Made by a program: the position numbers and the translations under genes | Notes under the pieces: generated by a model | The model's input: the letters and a program-made list of their open reading frames with translations, nothing else | What the model was told of the DNA's origin: nothing | The model's database searches: none | Part shown: piece by piece, positions 29,676 to 39,773 of the stretch | Layout of the letters: each line of letters begins with the position of its first letter | How positions within the stretch are numbered: the stretch's first letter is position 1 | Assembly: GCA_021786105.1 (NCBI GenBank) | Contig: JAJYNW010000015.1 | Span: 18,752 to 82,751, forward strand | Length of the DNA stretch: 64,000 nt | Reading direction: 5' to 3' | Source: a bacterium | GTDB lineage: Bacteria > Patescibacteriota > Microgenomatia > Daviesbacterales > UBA10151

Positions 29676-30096
29676 GGGGATGTATTGTCTCGACAGGATT
29701 GCTCTTTAAAAACTGCAAGCCGCTTAGGAAACATTAAGCGTTAAATATTGTTTCAAAACACAAACGGCACAAGTTATTTGTCCCGTGCTGCAGGCAAAAT
29801 GGCTGAGCAGATGTCTGACTTTGGGAGAAATCTCTTAGTTGGCTCTACTCGAGTCGCTTTCGCTTAAAGCTACTTTAGGTCATATCTTCTTTCTGACGGG
29901 ATACTAAGGTACGTACAAAGTCAGGATGCTGTTGGCAAAGTGTTGGTTGATCTTTGCTAACAAAAGACGACTCAATCATTCATTAGTTTTCCTGCTAATT
30001 GGTTACAACTAATGAACAAAAATTAATTAGCTAAGCTTGTAGAAGTTTGAGAAGTTACAATTTTGGACGGGGGTTCAAAACCCCCCATCTCCACCA
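29676..30096 (+). ncRNA. ssrA: tmRNA
   Basis: 5' GGGGATG...TCGAC, 3' T-arm and CATCTCCACCA, internal tag ORF ending VAFA*; directly after smpB. Confidence 0.93.
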
Positions 30097-30114
30097 ATTT
30101 GTTAGAATGATTTT

Positions 30115-30813
30115 GTGGGCTTAATCCTCGATTTGTTATTTCCCAAAAGGTGTGTGGGTTGCAAGAGATTTGATAGCTACTTTTGTCAGGATTGCATCAG
30201 GAATATTTTACAAACTGATTTAGTGTGCCCTCAATGCGAGAAACTGGCCATGGGCGGTCAAACTCACCCAATTTGCCGGAGACGATTTGGTTTAGATGGT
30301 CTTTGGAGTTTAGGTATTTACCAGGGATCTTTGAGGGAGGCCATCAAGCAGCTAAAGTATGGTAAAGTCCGTGGTTTGGCAGAAGCTTTAACAGATATCA
30401 CTTTAGAATATTGGGTTAGATACCAGCCATTTATATTAGACCAAATTAAGAAAGATGCCGGTAAGGGATGGGTAGTTATTCCCGTGCCCTTACATTGGTG
30501 GAGGGGCAATGATAGAGGTTTTAATCAATCTTCTTTAATCGGACAACTTTTAGCTCAAAAATTGGGTTTAACTTATGCTGATGGATTGAAACGTGTACGT
30601 TACACCAAATCTCAAGTAAAGCTAAAAGGTAAAGATCGCCACTATAATATCCGAAACGCTTTTGAAATTTCTAAACCCTATACCCTAAACCCTAGTCCCT
30701 ATGTTTTATTAATCGATGATGTCTGGACCACCGGTTCCACTTTGCGCGAGTGTGCGTATGTTTTGAAAAGAAATGGGGCCAAAAAAGTTTGGGCAATAAC
30801 CTTAGCAAGATAA
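30115..30813 (+). CDS. comF: ComF-family competence protein (double zinc ribbon plus PRTase)
   Basis: LFPKRCVGC, PVPLH, RGFNQS and LLIDDVWTTGSTL. Confidence 0.93.
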   Translation: MGLILDLLFPKRCVGCKRFDSYFCQDCIRNILQTDLVCPQCEKLAMGGQTHPICRRRFGLDGLWSLGIYQGSLREAIKQLKYGKVRGLAEALTDITLEYWVRYQPFILDQIKKDAGKGWVVIPVPLHWWRGNDRGFNQSSLIGQLLAQKLGLTYADGLKRVRYTKSQVKLKGKDRHYNIRNAFEISKPYTLNPSPYVLLIDDVWTTGSTLRECAYVLKRNGAKKVWAITLAR

Positions 30814-30818
30814 ATAAC

Positions 30819-31091
30819 TTATACTTTAATCCTTACAAATTTGTAGTCTACAATCTCATTCTCCCAATAGAATTTTCCGTTTCCTTCCAAAACTATTCCT
30901 AATTCATCATATTGCTCATGTTTGTGCCAATCCCATTTAGATCCTGGTTTTAATGTGCCCTTTGTAAGTGCATCTATATTATCGGAAACAAGATCTTCCT
31001 TTGTTGCCAGTGTTTGTCTGGAATTTGGCATGTCATGGATAGCTTCAAAGGGTACTTCTGAGATATTAAAGATTTTAAATTTTTTAGACAT
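30819..31091 (-). pseudogene. Cupin-domain protein, probably C-terminally truncated
   Basis: Cupin motif 1 (WHKH...E...VLEG) is present, but the ORF stops before the second His-containing motif. Confidence 0.5.
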
Positions 31092-31105
31092 AGAAAAAAA
31101 TCAAG

Positions 31106-31192
31106 CGGAGAGGGTGGGATTTGAACCCACGGTCCTCTTACGAGGACAGCGCATTAGCACTGCGCCGCACTAGGCCACTATGCGACCTCTCC
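31106..31192 (-). tRNA. tRNA-Ser(GCT)
   Basis: Cloverleaf with long variable arm; anticodon arm GCGCA-GT GCT AA-TGCGC. Confidence 0.93.
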
Positions 31193-31215
31193 TTAAAAAA
31201 TGCTATATCAAAGGG

Positions 31216-31303
31216 CGGTGGGGGTGAGATTCGAACTCACGGTAGTATTACTACTACATTGGTTTTCAAGACCAACCTGATAAACCACTCCAAGCACCCC
31301 ACC
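31216..31303 (-). tRNA. tRNA-Ser(TGA)
   Basis: Anticodon arm TTGGT-CT TGA AA-ACCAA; long variable arm. Confidence 0.93.
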
Positions 31304-31388
31304 CTGTAGCGCTAATTGTAACAAACTGTCTCTTGATAATCTAGAAGAGTAATGGCATGATAATTGCAGAGTGGCTTAGTGCAAAATT

Positions 31389-32147
31389 ATGATAATTGGT
31401 ACTTGTCTGTTTTGTAAGAGAAAATACAGAAAAAGAGAAAAAAAACGCAAATTTTGTTCTTTATCATGCTCGAGTAGTTACAATAAAAACGGCCTTAATC
31501 AGGTAATCTTGCCTCGTAAGAGTAGGCTTTTAGCAGAATTTATAGGTATTTGTCTCGGTGATGGTTATGCTTCTGGTTATCAAGCAGGTATTACACTAAA
31601 CTCTATAGCGGATCGAAATTATTTGTTATATGTGGAAGATTTGGCAAGGAACTTATTTCCTGGAGCTACTTTTTCCATAATTAAGAGAAAAAAAGAAAAT
31701 GCTATTGATATTAGAATAAATTCTAAAACAGTAGTAATTTTTCTTAAAGGTATGGGGGTTATTCCTAATGCAAAGACAATACCAGATTGGATATTGAAAG
31801 AGGAGAAGTATACTAGAGCATGCGTTCGTGGATTATTTGATACAGAAGGTTCAATATCTTTTAAGTGCTATAGAGGTAAGAATGGAATAAGTGTCTATAA
31901 ACAGTTAAATTTTAGAAATTCCAATATGATACTAATGGGTTTTGTTAAGAATAGCTTGATTAATCTTGGTTTAAAGCCAACTACTACGATGAGAAGATCG
32001 CTCTATTTAAGTAATCACGACAGTATAGATACATACCGTAAGAAGATTGGGTTTAGTAATCCTAAGCTAAGGGAAAGAAGTTTAATAGAGGATATTTCTG
32101 CTTATCTTAACTGGAAAACAAGATTTGATAATCCAGCTATTACTTAA
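31389..32147 (+). CDS. Free-standing two-motif LAGLIDADG endonuclease-like protein with N-terminal zinc finger
   Basis: CLFC...CSLSC; LAEFIGICLGDGY and CVRGLFDTEGS; more AT-rich than its neighbours. Confidence 0.85.
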   Translation: MIIGTCLFCKRKYRKREKKRKFCSLSCSSSYNKNGLNQVILPRKSRLLAEFIGICLGDGYASGYQAGITLNSIADRNYLLYVEDLARNLFPGATFSIIKRKKENAIDIRINSKTVVIFLKGMGVIPNAKTIPDWILKEEKYTRACVRGLFDTEGSISFKCYRGKNGISVYKQLNFRNSNMILMGFVKNSLINLGLKPTTTMRRSLYLSNHDSIDTYRKKIGFSNPKLRERSLIEDISAYLNWKTRFDNPAIT

Positions 32148-32175
32148 ATAAATATTAGGTTATAATCTAACTACC

Positions 32176-32778
32176 ATGCCCGAGGAAGAGAAACAAAAAC
32201 CCTCTAAAAAGGAGACTCCAAAGCATCCAGAGCGAGAATCTGTCGGGCCGGAATTTTTTACCCCTAAGATGATGGAAACAGAAGAGATTAAAACCTTGCT
32301 CTCTTGGGAAGCGCCGTCCCGGCCTTTCCGGAAAAAAGACCGTTCGTATTACACTACTATTATTATTTTGGTGGTGTTGATAGTGTTAATTGTTTTTCTT
32401 TGGCTGGGGGATTTTTTACTGATTGGTGTAATTTTATCTTTTGGCTTTGTTGCCTATGTTTTAGCATTTGTACCGCCACACAATATCAAATATAAAATTT
32501 CTACTCAGGGGATTACCATTGGGGAAGATTTCTACTTTTGGCATTTTTTGGATGCTTTTTGGTTTAAGGAAAAAGACGGGTCAAAAGTATTACATATCCA
32601 AACGCGCCTGTCCTTTCCTGCTCAACTGATGTTGGTTTTGGGCAATATGAGTGAGAAGGGGGTTAAAAAAGTGGTAGCTAGGTTTTTGCCGTTTGTAGAA
32701 GTGCCATACAAAACCTGGATGGAGAAATGGTCGGATGGTTTACAAAAGCATTTTCCTTTAGAAAATGTTCATCATTAA
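32176..32778 (+). CDS. Conserved CPR two-TM membrane protein
   Basis: LLSWEAPSRPF, two TM helices and a PH-like C-terminal region. Confidence 0.7.
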   Translation: MPEEEKQKPSKKETPKHPERESVGPEFFTPKMMETEEIKTLLSWEAPSRPFRKKDRSYYTTIIILVVLIVLIVFLWLGDFLLIGVILSFGFVAYVLAFVPPHNIKYKISTQGITIGEDFYFWHFLDAFWFKEKDGSKVLHIQTRLSFPAQLMLVLGNMSEKGVKKVVARFLPFVEVPYKTWMEKWSDGLQKHFPLENVHH

Positions 32779-32849
32779 TTTTAAGGTTTATCCCTTGTGA
32801 TTGGTTTACTGTTGCCGAGTTTGATTTTATAGTACAATAACCCCTGTTT

Positions 32850-32925
32850 GCGCCTGTAGCTCAGCGGATAGAGCGCAACGTTGCGGACGTTGAAGTCGGG
32901 GGTTCAATTCCCTCCAGGCGCACCA
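32850..32925 (+). tRNA. tRNA-Arg(GCG)
   Basis: Anticodon arm CAACG-TT GCG GA-CGTTG; CCA encoded. Confidence 0.93.
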
Positions 32926-32930
32926 AGGGA

Positions 32931-33018
32931 GGTGGGGTCGCATAGTGGCCTAGTGCGCTGGTTTCGAAAACCGGTATACCGTAAGGTATCGTGAGTTCAA
33001 ATCTCACCCCCACCGCCA
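32931..33018 (+). tRNA. tRNA-Ser(CGA)
   Basis: Anticodon arm CTGGT-TT CGA AA-ACCGG; long variable arm; CCA encoded. Confidence 0.93.
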
Positions 33019-33019
33019 T

Positions 33020-33091
33020 GCCCTCGTAGGCTAATGGATAGACCCCGGGATTCCGGATCCCGTGATGTGGGTTCGATTCCCACCGAGGGCA
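33020..33091 (+). tRNA. tRNA-Arg(CCG)
   Basis: Anticodon arm CGGGA-TT CCG GA-TCCCG. Confidence 0.92.
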
Positions 33092-33099
33092 CTTGTTAT

Positions 33100-33513
33100 A
33101 TGAAACGTGAGTTTTCAGCAGGTGGGATTGTTTTTAATAATGAGGGTCAGGTGTTGGTAACCCAGCACTCTCAAAATAAGCATTGGAGTTTCCCCAAAGG
33201 TTTACTTGATCATCCTGAGCAAACTACAGAAGAATCAGCATTAAGAGAAGTTAGGGAAGAGGGGGGAGTGGAGGCAAAAATTGTCGGCAAGGTGGGTTAT
33301 AACAAGTATGTCTATACTTTTAATGGAGAGAAAATCTTTAAAGCGGTAACTTATTTTTTAATGGAATATGTCTCAGGAGATATTAAAGATCATGATTGGG
33401 AAGTGTCTGAGGCTGGTTGGTATGAACCGGAAGACGCTTTAAAACGACTTACATTTAATCAGGATAAGGAATTGCTAAAGAAAGCTTTAGAAATAAGGGA
33501 GGTGTCATCCTGA
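33100..33513 (+). CDS. NUDIX hydrolase (Ap4A hydrolase-like)
   Basis: SAGGIV, WSFPKG...ESALREVREEGG. Start moved to 33100 because the listed start lies inside a tRNA. Confidence 0.9.
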   Translation: MKREFSAGGIVFNNEGQVLVTQHSQNKHWSFPKGLLDHPEQTTEESALREVREEGGVEAKIVGKVGYNKYVYTFNGEKIFKAVTYFLMEYVSGDIKDHDWEVSEAGWYEPEDALKRLTFNQDKELLKKALEIREVSS

Positions 33514-33592
33514 GCGAAGCGAAGGATCTCTCGCGGATGCGAGTATTCCTGAAACAAGTTCAGAGATTCTTCGGCTATGTCTCAGAATGACA
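33503..33592. repeat. Palindromic REP/MITE-like element
   Basis: TGTCATCCTGAGCGAAGCGAAGGATCTC...GAGATTCTTCG...CTCAGAATGACA. Confidence 0.85.
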
Positions 33593-34161
33593 AAAAACAA
33601 TTTGTTTCCCGGGGCGGGATAAAACTGCAGGCAGTCTTAGATAAGTTTCAAATTGATGTTAAAGATAAAGTAGTTTTGGATGTGGGTTCTTCCACCGGCG
33701 GATTTGTGGATTGTCTTTTGCAGCAGGGTGCTAAAAAAGTTTATGCGGTGGATACGGCTTATGGGGAATTGGCTTGGAGACTTAGAAATGATCCAAGGGT
33801 GGTGGTGATGGAGCGGATTAATATTTTGCATCTGGAAAGTTTACCTGAACCAGTCGATTTAATTACCATTGATGCCGGTTGGACTAAGTTAGAGCTAATC
33901 TTACCGATTGTAAAGAAGTTCCTCAAACCTGATGGTTTTATTATTGCTTTACTTAAGCCTCACTATCAAGCAGATAAAAAAATCCTTAGAAAGGGTGTAG
34001 TTCCTGAGGATTTAGTAGAAAGTATTAAGAATCAAGTATTAAGGATTATAGAAGAATTAGGATTTAAGATTCAAGGGGAAATGGAATCGCCGATTTTAGG
34101 TGGTGCAGGAAACAGGGAATATCTACTTTTTTGCGAAGTAAAAAAGCAAGCAGGCTTTTGA
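33577..34161 (+). CDS. tlyA: TlyA-family rRNA methyltransferase lacking the S4 domain
   Basis: FVSRGGIKL, LDVGSSTGGF...VYAVD and SPILGGAGNREYL. Confidence 0.85.
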   Translation: MSQNDKKQFVSRGGIKLQAVLDKFQIDVKDKVVLDVGSSTGGFVDCLLQQGAKKVYAVDTAYGELAWRLRNDPRVVVMERINILHLESLPEPVDLITIDAGWTKLELILPIVKKFLKPDGFIIALLKPHYQADKKILRKGVVPEDLVESIKNQVLRIIEELGFKIQGEMESPILGGAGNREYLLFCEVKKQAGF

Positions 34162-34171
34162 AAAAAGATTC

Positions 34172-34384
34172 TTACTTCTTCTTTTTTTGAGAAATGAAGA
34201 GATAAATTAAGGGTAAAATGCCAATAGAATTAATAACCAGTAAAGCAATGAACCAATAAAGCTGTTTATTCCGGGCCGCCCGCCACAGGGCAAAACCTTT
34301 TAAAACTAAATCAAGGATGGCAAATGGTGCCAACCAGGCAAAGGGACCAAAATTATACATGTGGTAAAAATATCCCGGCATCAT
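34172..34384 (-). CDS. Small membrane protein (DUF5652-like)
   Basis: KGFALWRAARNKQLYWF...NSIGILPLIY. Confidence 0.75.
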   Translation of the reverse strand: MMPGYFYHMYNFGPFAWLAPFAILDLVLKGFALWRAARNKQLYWFIALLVINSIGILPLIYLFISQKKKK

Positions 34385-34424
34385 AATTTAAGTACACCAC
34401 TTTACGCCAAAAATTGCAAGGGGG

Positions 34425-34513
<89 letters not shown>

Positions 34514-34538
34514 AAACCTTGTAATTTTAACAAATCTT

Positions 34539-34565
34539 GAGATCCTTCGCTACGCTCAGGATGAC
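34539..34565. repeat. Half copy of the REP-like element
   Basis: GAGATCCTTCGCTACGCTCAGGATGAC. Confidence 0.7.
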
Positions 34566-34667
34566 GATGAGGGAGAGCTTGTTTTCGGGACTTATTTGGT
34601 GTACAATTTGCGCAACAATACCTGAAAGCCGCAACTACATATGGGCCTTTGGGATAATTGCAAAAAC

Positions 34668-36443
34668 ATGGACGACGTCGAAGCTGTTAAAGAAAAAATT
34701 AATATTGTTGATTTGATCTCCGAATACGTCCCTCTTAAAAAAGCCGGCGTCAACTTTAAAGCTAATTGTCCTTTTCATAACGAAAAAACTCCCTCATTTG
34801 TAGTGTCTGCCGAACGGCAAATTTTCAAATGTTTTGGCTGTCAAAAATCAGGTGATATGTTTACCTTCTTAATGGAAAAAGAAGGGGTGGATTTTAAGGA
34901 AGCTTTGGAAATGCTGGCTAAAAAAGCTGGCGTGACCTTGAAAAAAACCGCTGATAAGAAAGATTTCCGCGATCGGTTGTTTGAGGTTAACTTAAAGGCC
35001 CAGGAATTTTTCCATTATATTTTGACCAAGCACAATTTAGGTAAAAATGCCTTGGATTATTTAACCAAAAGAGGGTTAACGGCGGAAACAATTGAAAGCT
35101 TTGGTTTGGGTTATGCTCCTAATTCCTGGGAATCTTTAACTAAATTCTTGCGCAAAAGAGGTTTTACCACCCAAGAAATTATTGACTGCGGCTTGGGAGT
35201 GGCTTCTAAATCCGGGAGTTATGACCGTTTCCGCGGCAGGGTCACTTTTCCGATGATTGACGGTAAAGGAAAGTTAAGAGGTTTTTCCGGACGGGTGTTA
35301 TATCCGGCCGAACCAAAATATATCAATACTCCGCAAACTCCGATTTTTGATAAAGGTAATTTGTTGTTTGGTTTAAATTTGGCTAAAGGTGAAATCAGGA
35401 ACAAAAAAGAGGCAGTTTTGGTGGAGGGGGAAATGGATATGATTTTGTCTTTTCAATCCGGTGTCAAAAATATTGTGGCCTCTAAGGGGACGGCTTTAAC
35501 TGAGGGTCAAATTGAATTGCTGAAAAAATACACGGAAAACTTGAAATTGGGTTTTGATATGGATTTAGCTGGGGATAGTGCTTCACGGCGGGGAATTGAA
35601 CTGGCAGATCAGGCCGGTTTAAATATTAAGGTAGTTCAACTTGATAAAGGTAAAGATGCGGCGGAGGTGGTCAAAGTTGATCCGGAGGCTTGGCAAAAAG
35701 CTATTGAAGAAGCAGTGCCGATTTATGATTATTACTTAACCTCGGTGGCCAGAAGGTACAATACCAAAAGCCCGGCCGATCTTAAAAAGATTGGAGAAGA
35801 ATTGATCCCGGTGTGGGCCAAGATTACTGATGATTTAGTCAGGGAATTATATATTCAAAAACTGGCAGCCTTCTTAAAAACTGATGAGAAGATTTTGAGG
35901 GATGCAGTAGAAAAAGTGCGTAAAAGCCCGGAGAAAAGTTATGCCGGTCTTTTAAAAAAGACTAATACTCCGGATAATGTGGTTTCTTCCAAATCCAGAA
36001 GAGAGCTCTTGGAAGAGTACTTGATTGCTTTACTTTTGCATCCGCCGGTCGATGGTAAATTTGTCCCTAATTTTCCGGAAACTTTATTTCTGGCAGAAAG
36101 ATGGCGGCAAATTTATGTGTTATTGGTGCTTTATTTAGATTCCATTTCGTTTAAAAGCCGGGCTTTTGATATTAACGAATTTGTGGCCGGTTTACCAAAA
36201 GAGTTGACTCACGAGGTAGATCGATTATACTTAATGGAACTTGATGGCCGGCTTTTGGATGAAAAGCCCTGGAAGAAGGAGTTGGATGAGGTAGTATCAG
36301 AACTGAAGAAAGCTTTAATTAAGGCTTCTTTGGAAAAGCTATCTTTGGAAATCAAGAATGCCCAGGCTTTTGATAAGATGGATATAGTTGATAATCTAAA
36401 CAAAAGGTTTAGAGATTTATCAGTTAAACTGAAAAATTTATAA
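34668..36443 (+). CDS. dnaG: DNA primase
   Basis: [11 protein letters not shown]...CFGC zinc finger, DRFRGR, KYINTP and Toprim motifs VEGEMD/FDMDLAG. Confidence 0.97.
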   Translation: MDDVEAVKEKINIVDLISEYVPLKKAGVNFKANCPFHNEKTPSFVVSAERQIFKCFGCQKSGDMFTFLMEKEGVDFKEALEMLAKKAGVTLKKTADKKDFRDRLFEVNLKAQEFFHYILTKHNLGKNALDYLTKRGLTAETIESFGLGYAPNSWESLTKFLRKRGFTTQEIIDCGLGVASKSGSYDRFRGRVTFPMIDGKGKLRGFSGRVLYPAEPKYINTPQTPIFDKGNLLFGLNLAKGEIRNKKEAVLVEGEMDMILSFQSGVKNIVASKGTALTEGQIELLKKYTENLKLGFDMDLAGDSASRRGIELADQAGLNIKVVQLDKGKDAAEVVKVDPEAWQKAIEEAVPIYDYYLTSVARRYNTKSPADLKKIGEELIPVWAKITDDLVRELYIQKLAAFLKTDEKILRDAVEKVRKSPEKSYAGLLKKTNTPDNVVSSKSRRELLEEYLIALLLHPPVDGKFVPNFPETLFLAERWRQIYVLLVLYLDSISFKSRAFDINEFVAGLPKELTHEVDRLYLMELDGRLLDEKPWKKELDEVVSELKKALIKASLEKLSLEIKNAQAFDKMDIVDNLNKRFRDLSVKLKNL

Positions 36444-36448
36444 AGAAT

Positions 36449-37540
36449 ATGGTTAAATCAAAAAGAGAAACACAACTGGACGAAAAAAAGCTCCTCAAGT
36501 TAGGCAAGGATCGGGGTTTTGTGACCCAGGAGGAGATTTTGCAGGTTTTTCCCAAGCCGGAAGAAACAATCGAAAAGCTGGATGAGTTTTTTATTAAATT
36601 AATCGAAGACAGTATTGATGTTTTCGAAACCACGGCTGAGGAGCTGGAAGCGGAAACCAAGTCCACTACCGAGCTGGAAAAAGAACTGGAGATTTTATCG
36701 ACTTTGGAAGGCGGTTCGGTGACGGATCCGGTCAGGCAATACCTTCGCGATATCGGCAAGATCCCGCTGTTGACTGCTGCTGATGAGATTGATTTGGCCA
36801 AACGGGCCGAGAAAAACGAAAAAAGAGCCCGGGATAAATTGATCAGCGCCAATTTGCGGTTGGTAGTCTCAATTGCTAAAAAGTATGTTGGGCGTGGTAT
36901 GAGCCTTTTGGATTTAATTGAAGAAGGAAACATTGGTTTGATGCGGGCAGTGGATAAATATGACTGGCGGAGAGGTTATAAATTCTCTACATATGCCACT
37001 TGGTGGATTAGACAAGCTATTACCCGGGCCATTGCTGATCAAGCTCGAACTATTAGAATTCCGGTGCACATGGTGGAAACTATTAATCGATTTAACCGGA
37101 CTCAAAGAAGGTTGATGCAGGAGTTGGGCCGGGAGCCAACCCCGGAAGAGGTGGCTAAGGCTTTGGGAATCGATGAAAGCAAGGCCCGGGAAATTATTAA
37201 AGTATCTCAAGAGCCAACTTCTTTGGAGACTCCAGTGGGTGATGAGGAAGATTCGCATTTGGGAGATTTTATTGCTGATCAGGGTTTGCAGCCGGACGAG
37301 CAAGCTACCCGGGAACTGTTGAAAATTCACTTGGATGAGGTGTTGGGTAGTTTATCACCGCGGGAAAAAAGAGTTTTACAGTTAAGATTTGGCTTGGAAG
37401 ACGGTAAGCAAAGGACTTTAGAAGAAGTGGGGAAAGAGTTTGGGGTGACCCGGGAGCGTATCAGGCAAATTGAGGCTAAAGCCATTAGGAAATTAAAGCA
37501 TCCAACTCGTGCCAAAAAACTCCGCGATTACCTGGAATAA
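36449..37540 (+). CDS. rpoD: Primary sigma factor
   Basis: [49 protein letters not shown] and [13 protein letters not shown]. Confidence 0.97.
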   Translation: MVKSKRETQLDEKKLLKLGKDRGFVTQEEILQVFPKPEETIEKLDEFFIKLIEDSIDVFETTAEELEAETKSTTELEKELEILSTLEGGSVTDPVRQYLRDIGKIPLLTAADEIDLAKRAEKNEKRARDKLISANLRLVVSIAKKYVGRGMSLLDLIEEGNIGLMRAVDKYDWRRGYKFSTYATWWIRQAITRAIADQARTIRIPVHMVETINRFNRTQRRLMQELGREPTPEEVAKALGIDESKAREIIKVSQEPTSLETPVGDEEDSHLGDFIADQGLQPDEQATRELLKIHLDEVLGSLSPREKRVLQLRFGLEDGKQRTLEEVGKEFGVTRERIRQIEAKAIRKLKHPTRAKKLRDYLE

Positions 37541-37547
37541 CTTCCTT

Positions 37548-37592
37548 TGTCATTGCGAACCCCGCCCGTATGGTGCGAGGGTGCGGCAATCT
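37548..37592. repeat. Half copy of a related palindromic repeat
   Basis: TGTCATTGCGA...GCGGCAATCT between convergent genes. Confidence 0.5.
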
Positions 37593-37595
37593 ATA

Positions 37596-37865
37596 TTACT
37601 TTTGTAATCTATTCCAAAGCAAAGCAAAAACATAACCAAAGACGTAACCTATTATGGCAGTAACGACTATTAAAGTTACCCATTTAACTACATCAAATGA
37701 TTGGACAGTGAATGGATTATTCAAAAAATGAATGCCGTAAACAAAATCCAGTATGGCTCCAGCCAAACCCATGGCCACCAGTAAGCCCCAGACAAAATGC
37801 CACAGCCCGGCAAATGTTCCCACCACCAACGCTGTTTTATTGGGATTTAATTTCAAGTTTCTCAC
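37596..37865 (-). CDS. Small membrane protein
   Basis: 89-aa hydrophobic ORF with a GAGGGG RBS-like sequence. Confidence 0.7.
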   Translation of the reverse strand: MRNLKLNPNKTALVVGTFAGLWHFVWGLLVAMGLAGAILDFVYGIHFLNNPFTVQSFDVVKWVTLIVVTAIIGYVFGYVFALLWNRLQK

Positions 37866-37949
37866 CCCCTCTAAATTAGGTGTACATCGTTGGGTTTAAA
37901 AATGCAAGATCAGTTGGTATAATTGCAGAGCTATTTAACAATTAAATAT

Positions 37950-38024
37950 TCCCCTGTAGCTCAACGGTAGAGCAGGAAGCTGTTAACTTCAAGGTTCGTG
38001 GTTCGAATCCACGCGGGGGAGCCA
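37950..38024 (+). tRNA. tRNA-Asn(GTT), integration target
   Basis: TCCCCTG acceptor stem, CT GTT AA loop, GGTTCGAATCC T-arm and GCCA end. Confidence 0.93.
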
Positions 38025-39512
38025 AGGTGTTTTCTGTATAACCTGCTGATTATCGCGCAGTGTCGCGAAAATCGGAGTTGGGACAGTTGCAAAAATCTTC
38101 TTATTTTTAACCATTACCTTCTCATAAAAGAACCTTAAGTAGTGCCGCTTCATAAAGGGTGGCGCATCCTTATAAGTCGCGTAAATATCGCGTGTGAAGG
38201 CCAATGTATCGTCAATCAGGTTGATATCGATTCTGCAGCGGTCATCGACATCCTGTAATTGTGTTTCCATTTGTCTTACCTGATCCTGTAGCTCGGTGTG
38301 CTTGCGCTTAAACACTTCCCGGTCGATTGTTCCCTCAATCAGCGCATCCTCAAGCTTATTTCTCTTCATCTCAAGGGCTAGTTTCTGATTAAGAATGCCC
38401 TGCTTGACACTTGTGGCATTTGCGCGGCTCTCTTCCAGTTTCTCGCGCGTTTTTCGGACAACGGCTTCGATAAAATCAGGGCTAAACTGCATATTCTTAA
38501 ATTCCTGCTCAACCTGATACTCAAGATCATCCACTTCTACATATGGTGCGCGACAACCATTTCGTTCTCGCTTAGGGCAATGATAATAGGCTATCTTGCC
38601 GCCTCGAGCGCGCAGTTTATGCGCGTTCTTATGCCATTCAGCCACATAACGCTGACCACATTCGGAACAGTAGACAAAACCGCCTAAGAGCCAGTTGTGT
38701 ATTCGGCGACGCATTAGAAAGTTGCGATGCTTGGCCAGAACATACTGGCAGGTGTCATATATGTCTTTTGAAATAATTGGTATGTGATTGCCCATCTTTC
38801 CTTCGCCGTGCCAACGAATCCAGCCGTAGTAGAAGGGGTTGTTGAGAATGGTGTGAATAACGCTGTGACCCAAACCTGTGCCAGTTCGCGACAAGATATT
38901 GCGTTCTGCCAGCCAATCCTGAATCTCAATGATGGAATAGTTGCCTGTGGAGTAAAGTTCATACAGTTCTTTGATAATTGGCGCAGTGTAGGGGTCAGGC
39001 TCGCAGGTTTTGCGCTCTCTGTCACCGCCAACAGTTCGGTAGCCAATAGGCGGTGGTGTAGGTTGCCAACCTTCCCGGAATTTTTGTACCAGCGCGTCAC
39101 GCGTGCGCTGGCCGTTTACATCAGATTCCCATTCAGCGACACTAGCGAGAATATTAGCAATAAGACTCGATCCTTGCGTCACATTGCCTTCTAAGACAGA
39201 AATCATCTGAAGCCCTTTTGACTCGATCTCTTTGCGGGTATCGCGAAAATCTGAAACATTGCGCGCAAAGCGGTCGATTTTGTAGATAATCAGCGCGTCA
39301 ACTTTGAACTCATCGACTGCTTTAAGAAGTTCTTGGAAGGCTGGGCGTTGCGTGGTGCGCCCGCTTTTGCCATCATCGAGAAATATGTGCTTTACATGGT
39401 AATCGTGGCTACGCGCATAATCCATACAGGCGCGTTTTTGGTTCTCCAACGAGAAGCCTTCAGTCGCCTGTTCATCGGTTGAAACGCGCAGGTATAAGTA
39501 GCAGGTATTCAT
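37989..39512 (-). CDS. Large serine recombinase (integrase)
   Basis: YLRVSTDEQ catalytic motif, D.GKSG...RPAF, IDRFAR, recombinase domain, CSECG...CPK...C zinc ribbon and coiled coil. ATG 39512 overlaps the upstream stop. Confidence 0.93.
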   Translation of the reverse strand: MNTCYLYLRVSTDEQATEGFSLENQKRACMDYARSHDYHVKHIFLDDGKSGRTTQRPAFQELLKAVDEFKVDALIIYKIDRFARNVSDFRDTRKEIESKGLQMISVLEGNVTQGSSLIANILASVAEWESDVNGQRTRDALVQKFREGWQPTPPPIGYRTVGGDRERKTCEPDPYTAPIIKELYELYSTGNYSIIEIQDWLAERNILSRTGTGLGHSVIHTILNNPFYYGWIRWHGEGKMGNHIPIISKDIYDTCQYVLAKHRNFLMRRRIHNWLLGGFVYCSECGQRYVAEWHKNAHKLRARGGKIAYYHCPKRERNGCRAPYVEVDDLEYQVEQEFKNMQFSPDFIEAVVRKTREKLEESRANATSVKQGILNQKLALEMKRNKLEDALIEGTIDREVFKRKHTELQDQVRQMETQLQDVDDRCRIDINLIDDTLAFTRDIYATYKDAPPFMKRHYLRFFYEKVMVKNKKIFATVPTPIFATLRDNQQVIQKTPWLPRVDSNHEP

Positions 39513-39721
39513 ATTCCCCGGTTTAGGTCGCTGAACCTCATTTTCATCGGGCGCTGTCCGTATCTTCGTGCTATCTTTGCGGCTTCTTTGTTGATTATGT
39601 CCAGATACGGCTTCGTTTTTTCTTTCGCCTGCTCGTAGGTCATCACGCCATGTCGCATCGCCAGATGTATCGCGCGCGTCTCTGCCAGCAATTCTCGCAA
39701 GTTTATCTTTTCGTTCTTCAT
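39509..39721 (-). CDS. Small basic protein coupled to the integrase (RDF candidate)
   Basis: 70-aa ORF with an ATGA overlap with the integrase start. Confidence 0.6.
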   Translation of the reverse strand: MKNEKINLRELLAETRAIHLAMRHGVMTYEQAKEKTKPYLDIINKEAAKIARRYGQRPMKMRFSDLNRGI

Positions 39722-39773
39722 AATGTCTTATAGTCGTATCAATATTCATAAGATTTTTAGCTTATTGCAAGCC

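Noticed and set aside
10400-30701. TTTAGGG/CCCTAAA runs as plant telomere contamination
   Set aside because: Only 2-4 degenerate units embedded in bacterial features; they fit the local heptamer-repeat pattern.
39513-39749. 79-aa N-terminal extension of the recombinase in the ORF track
   Set aside because: It overlaps the 70-aa ORF in another frame; the catalytic domain starts at ATG 39512, which is coupled to that ORF's stop.
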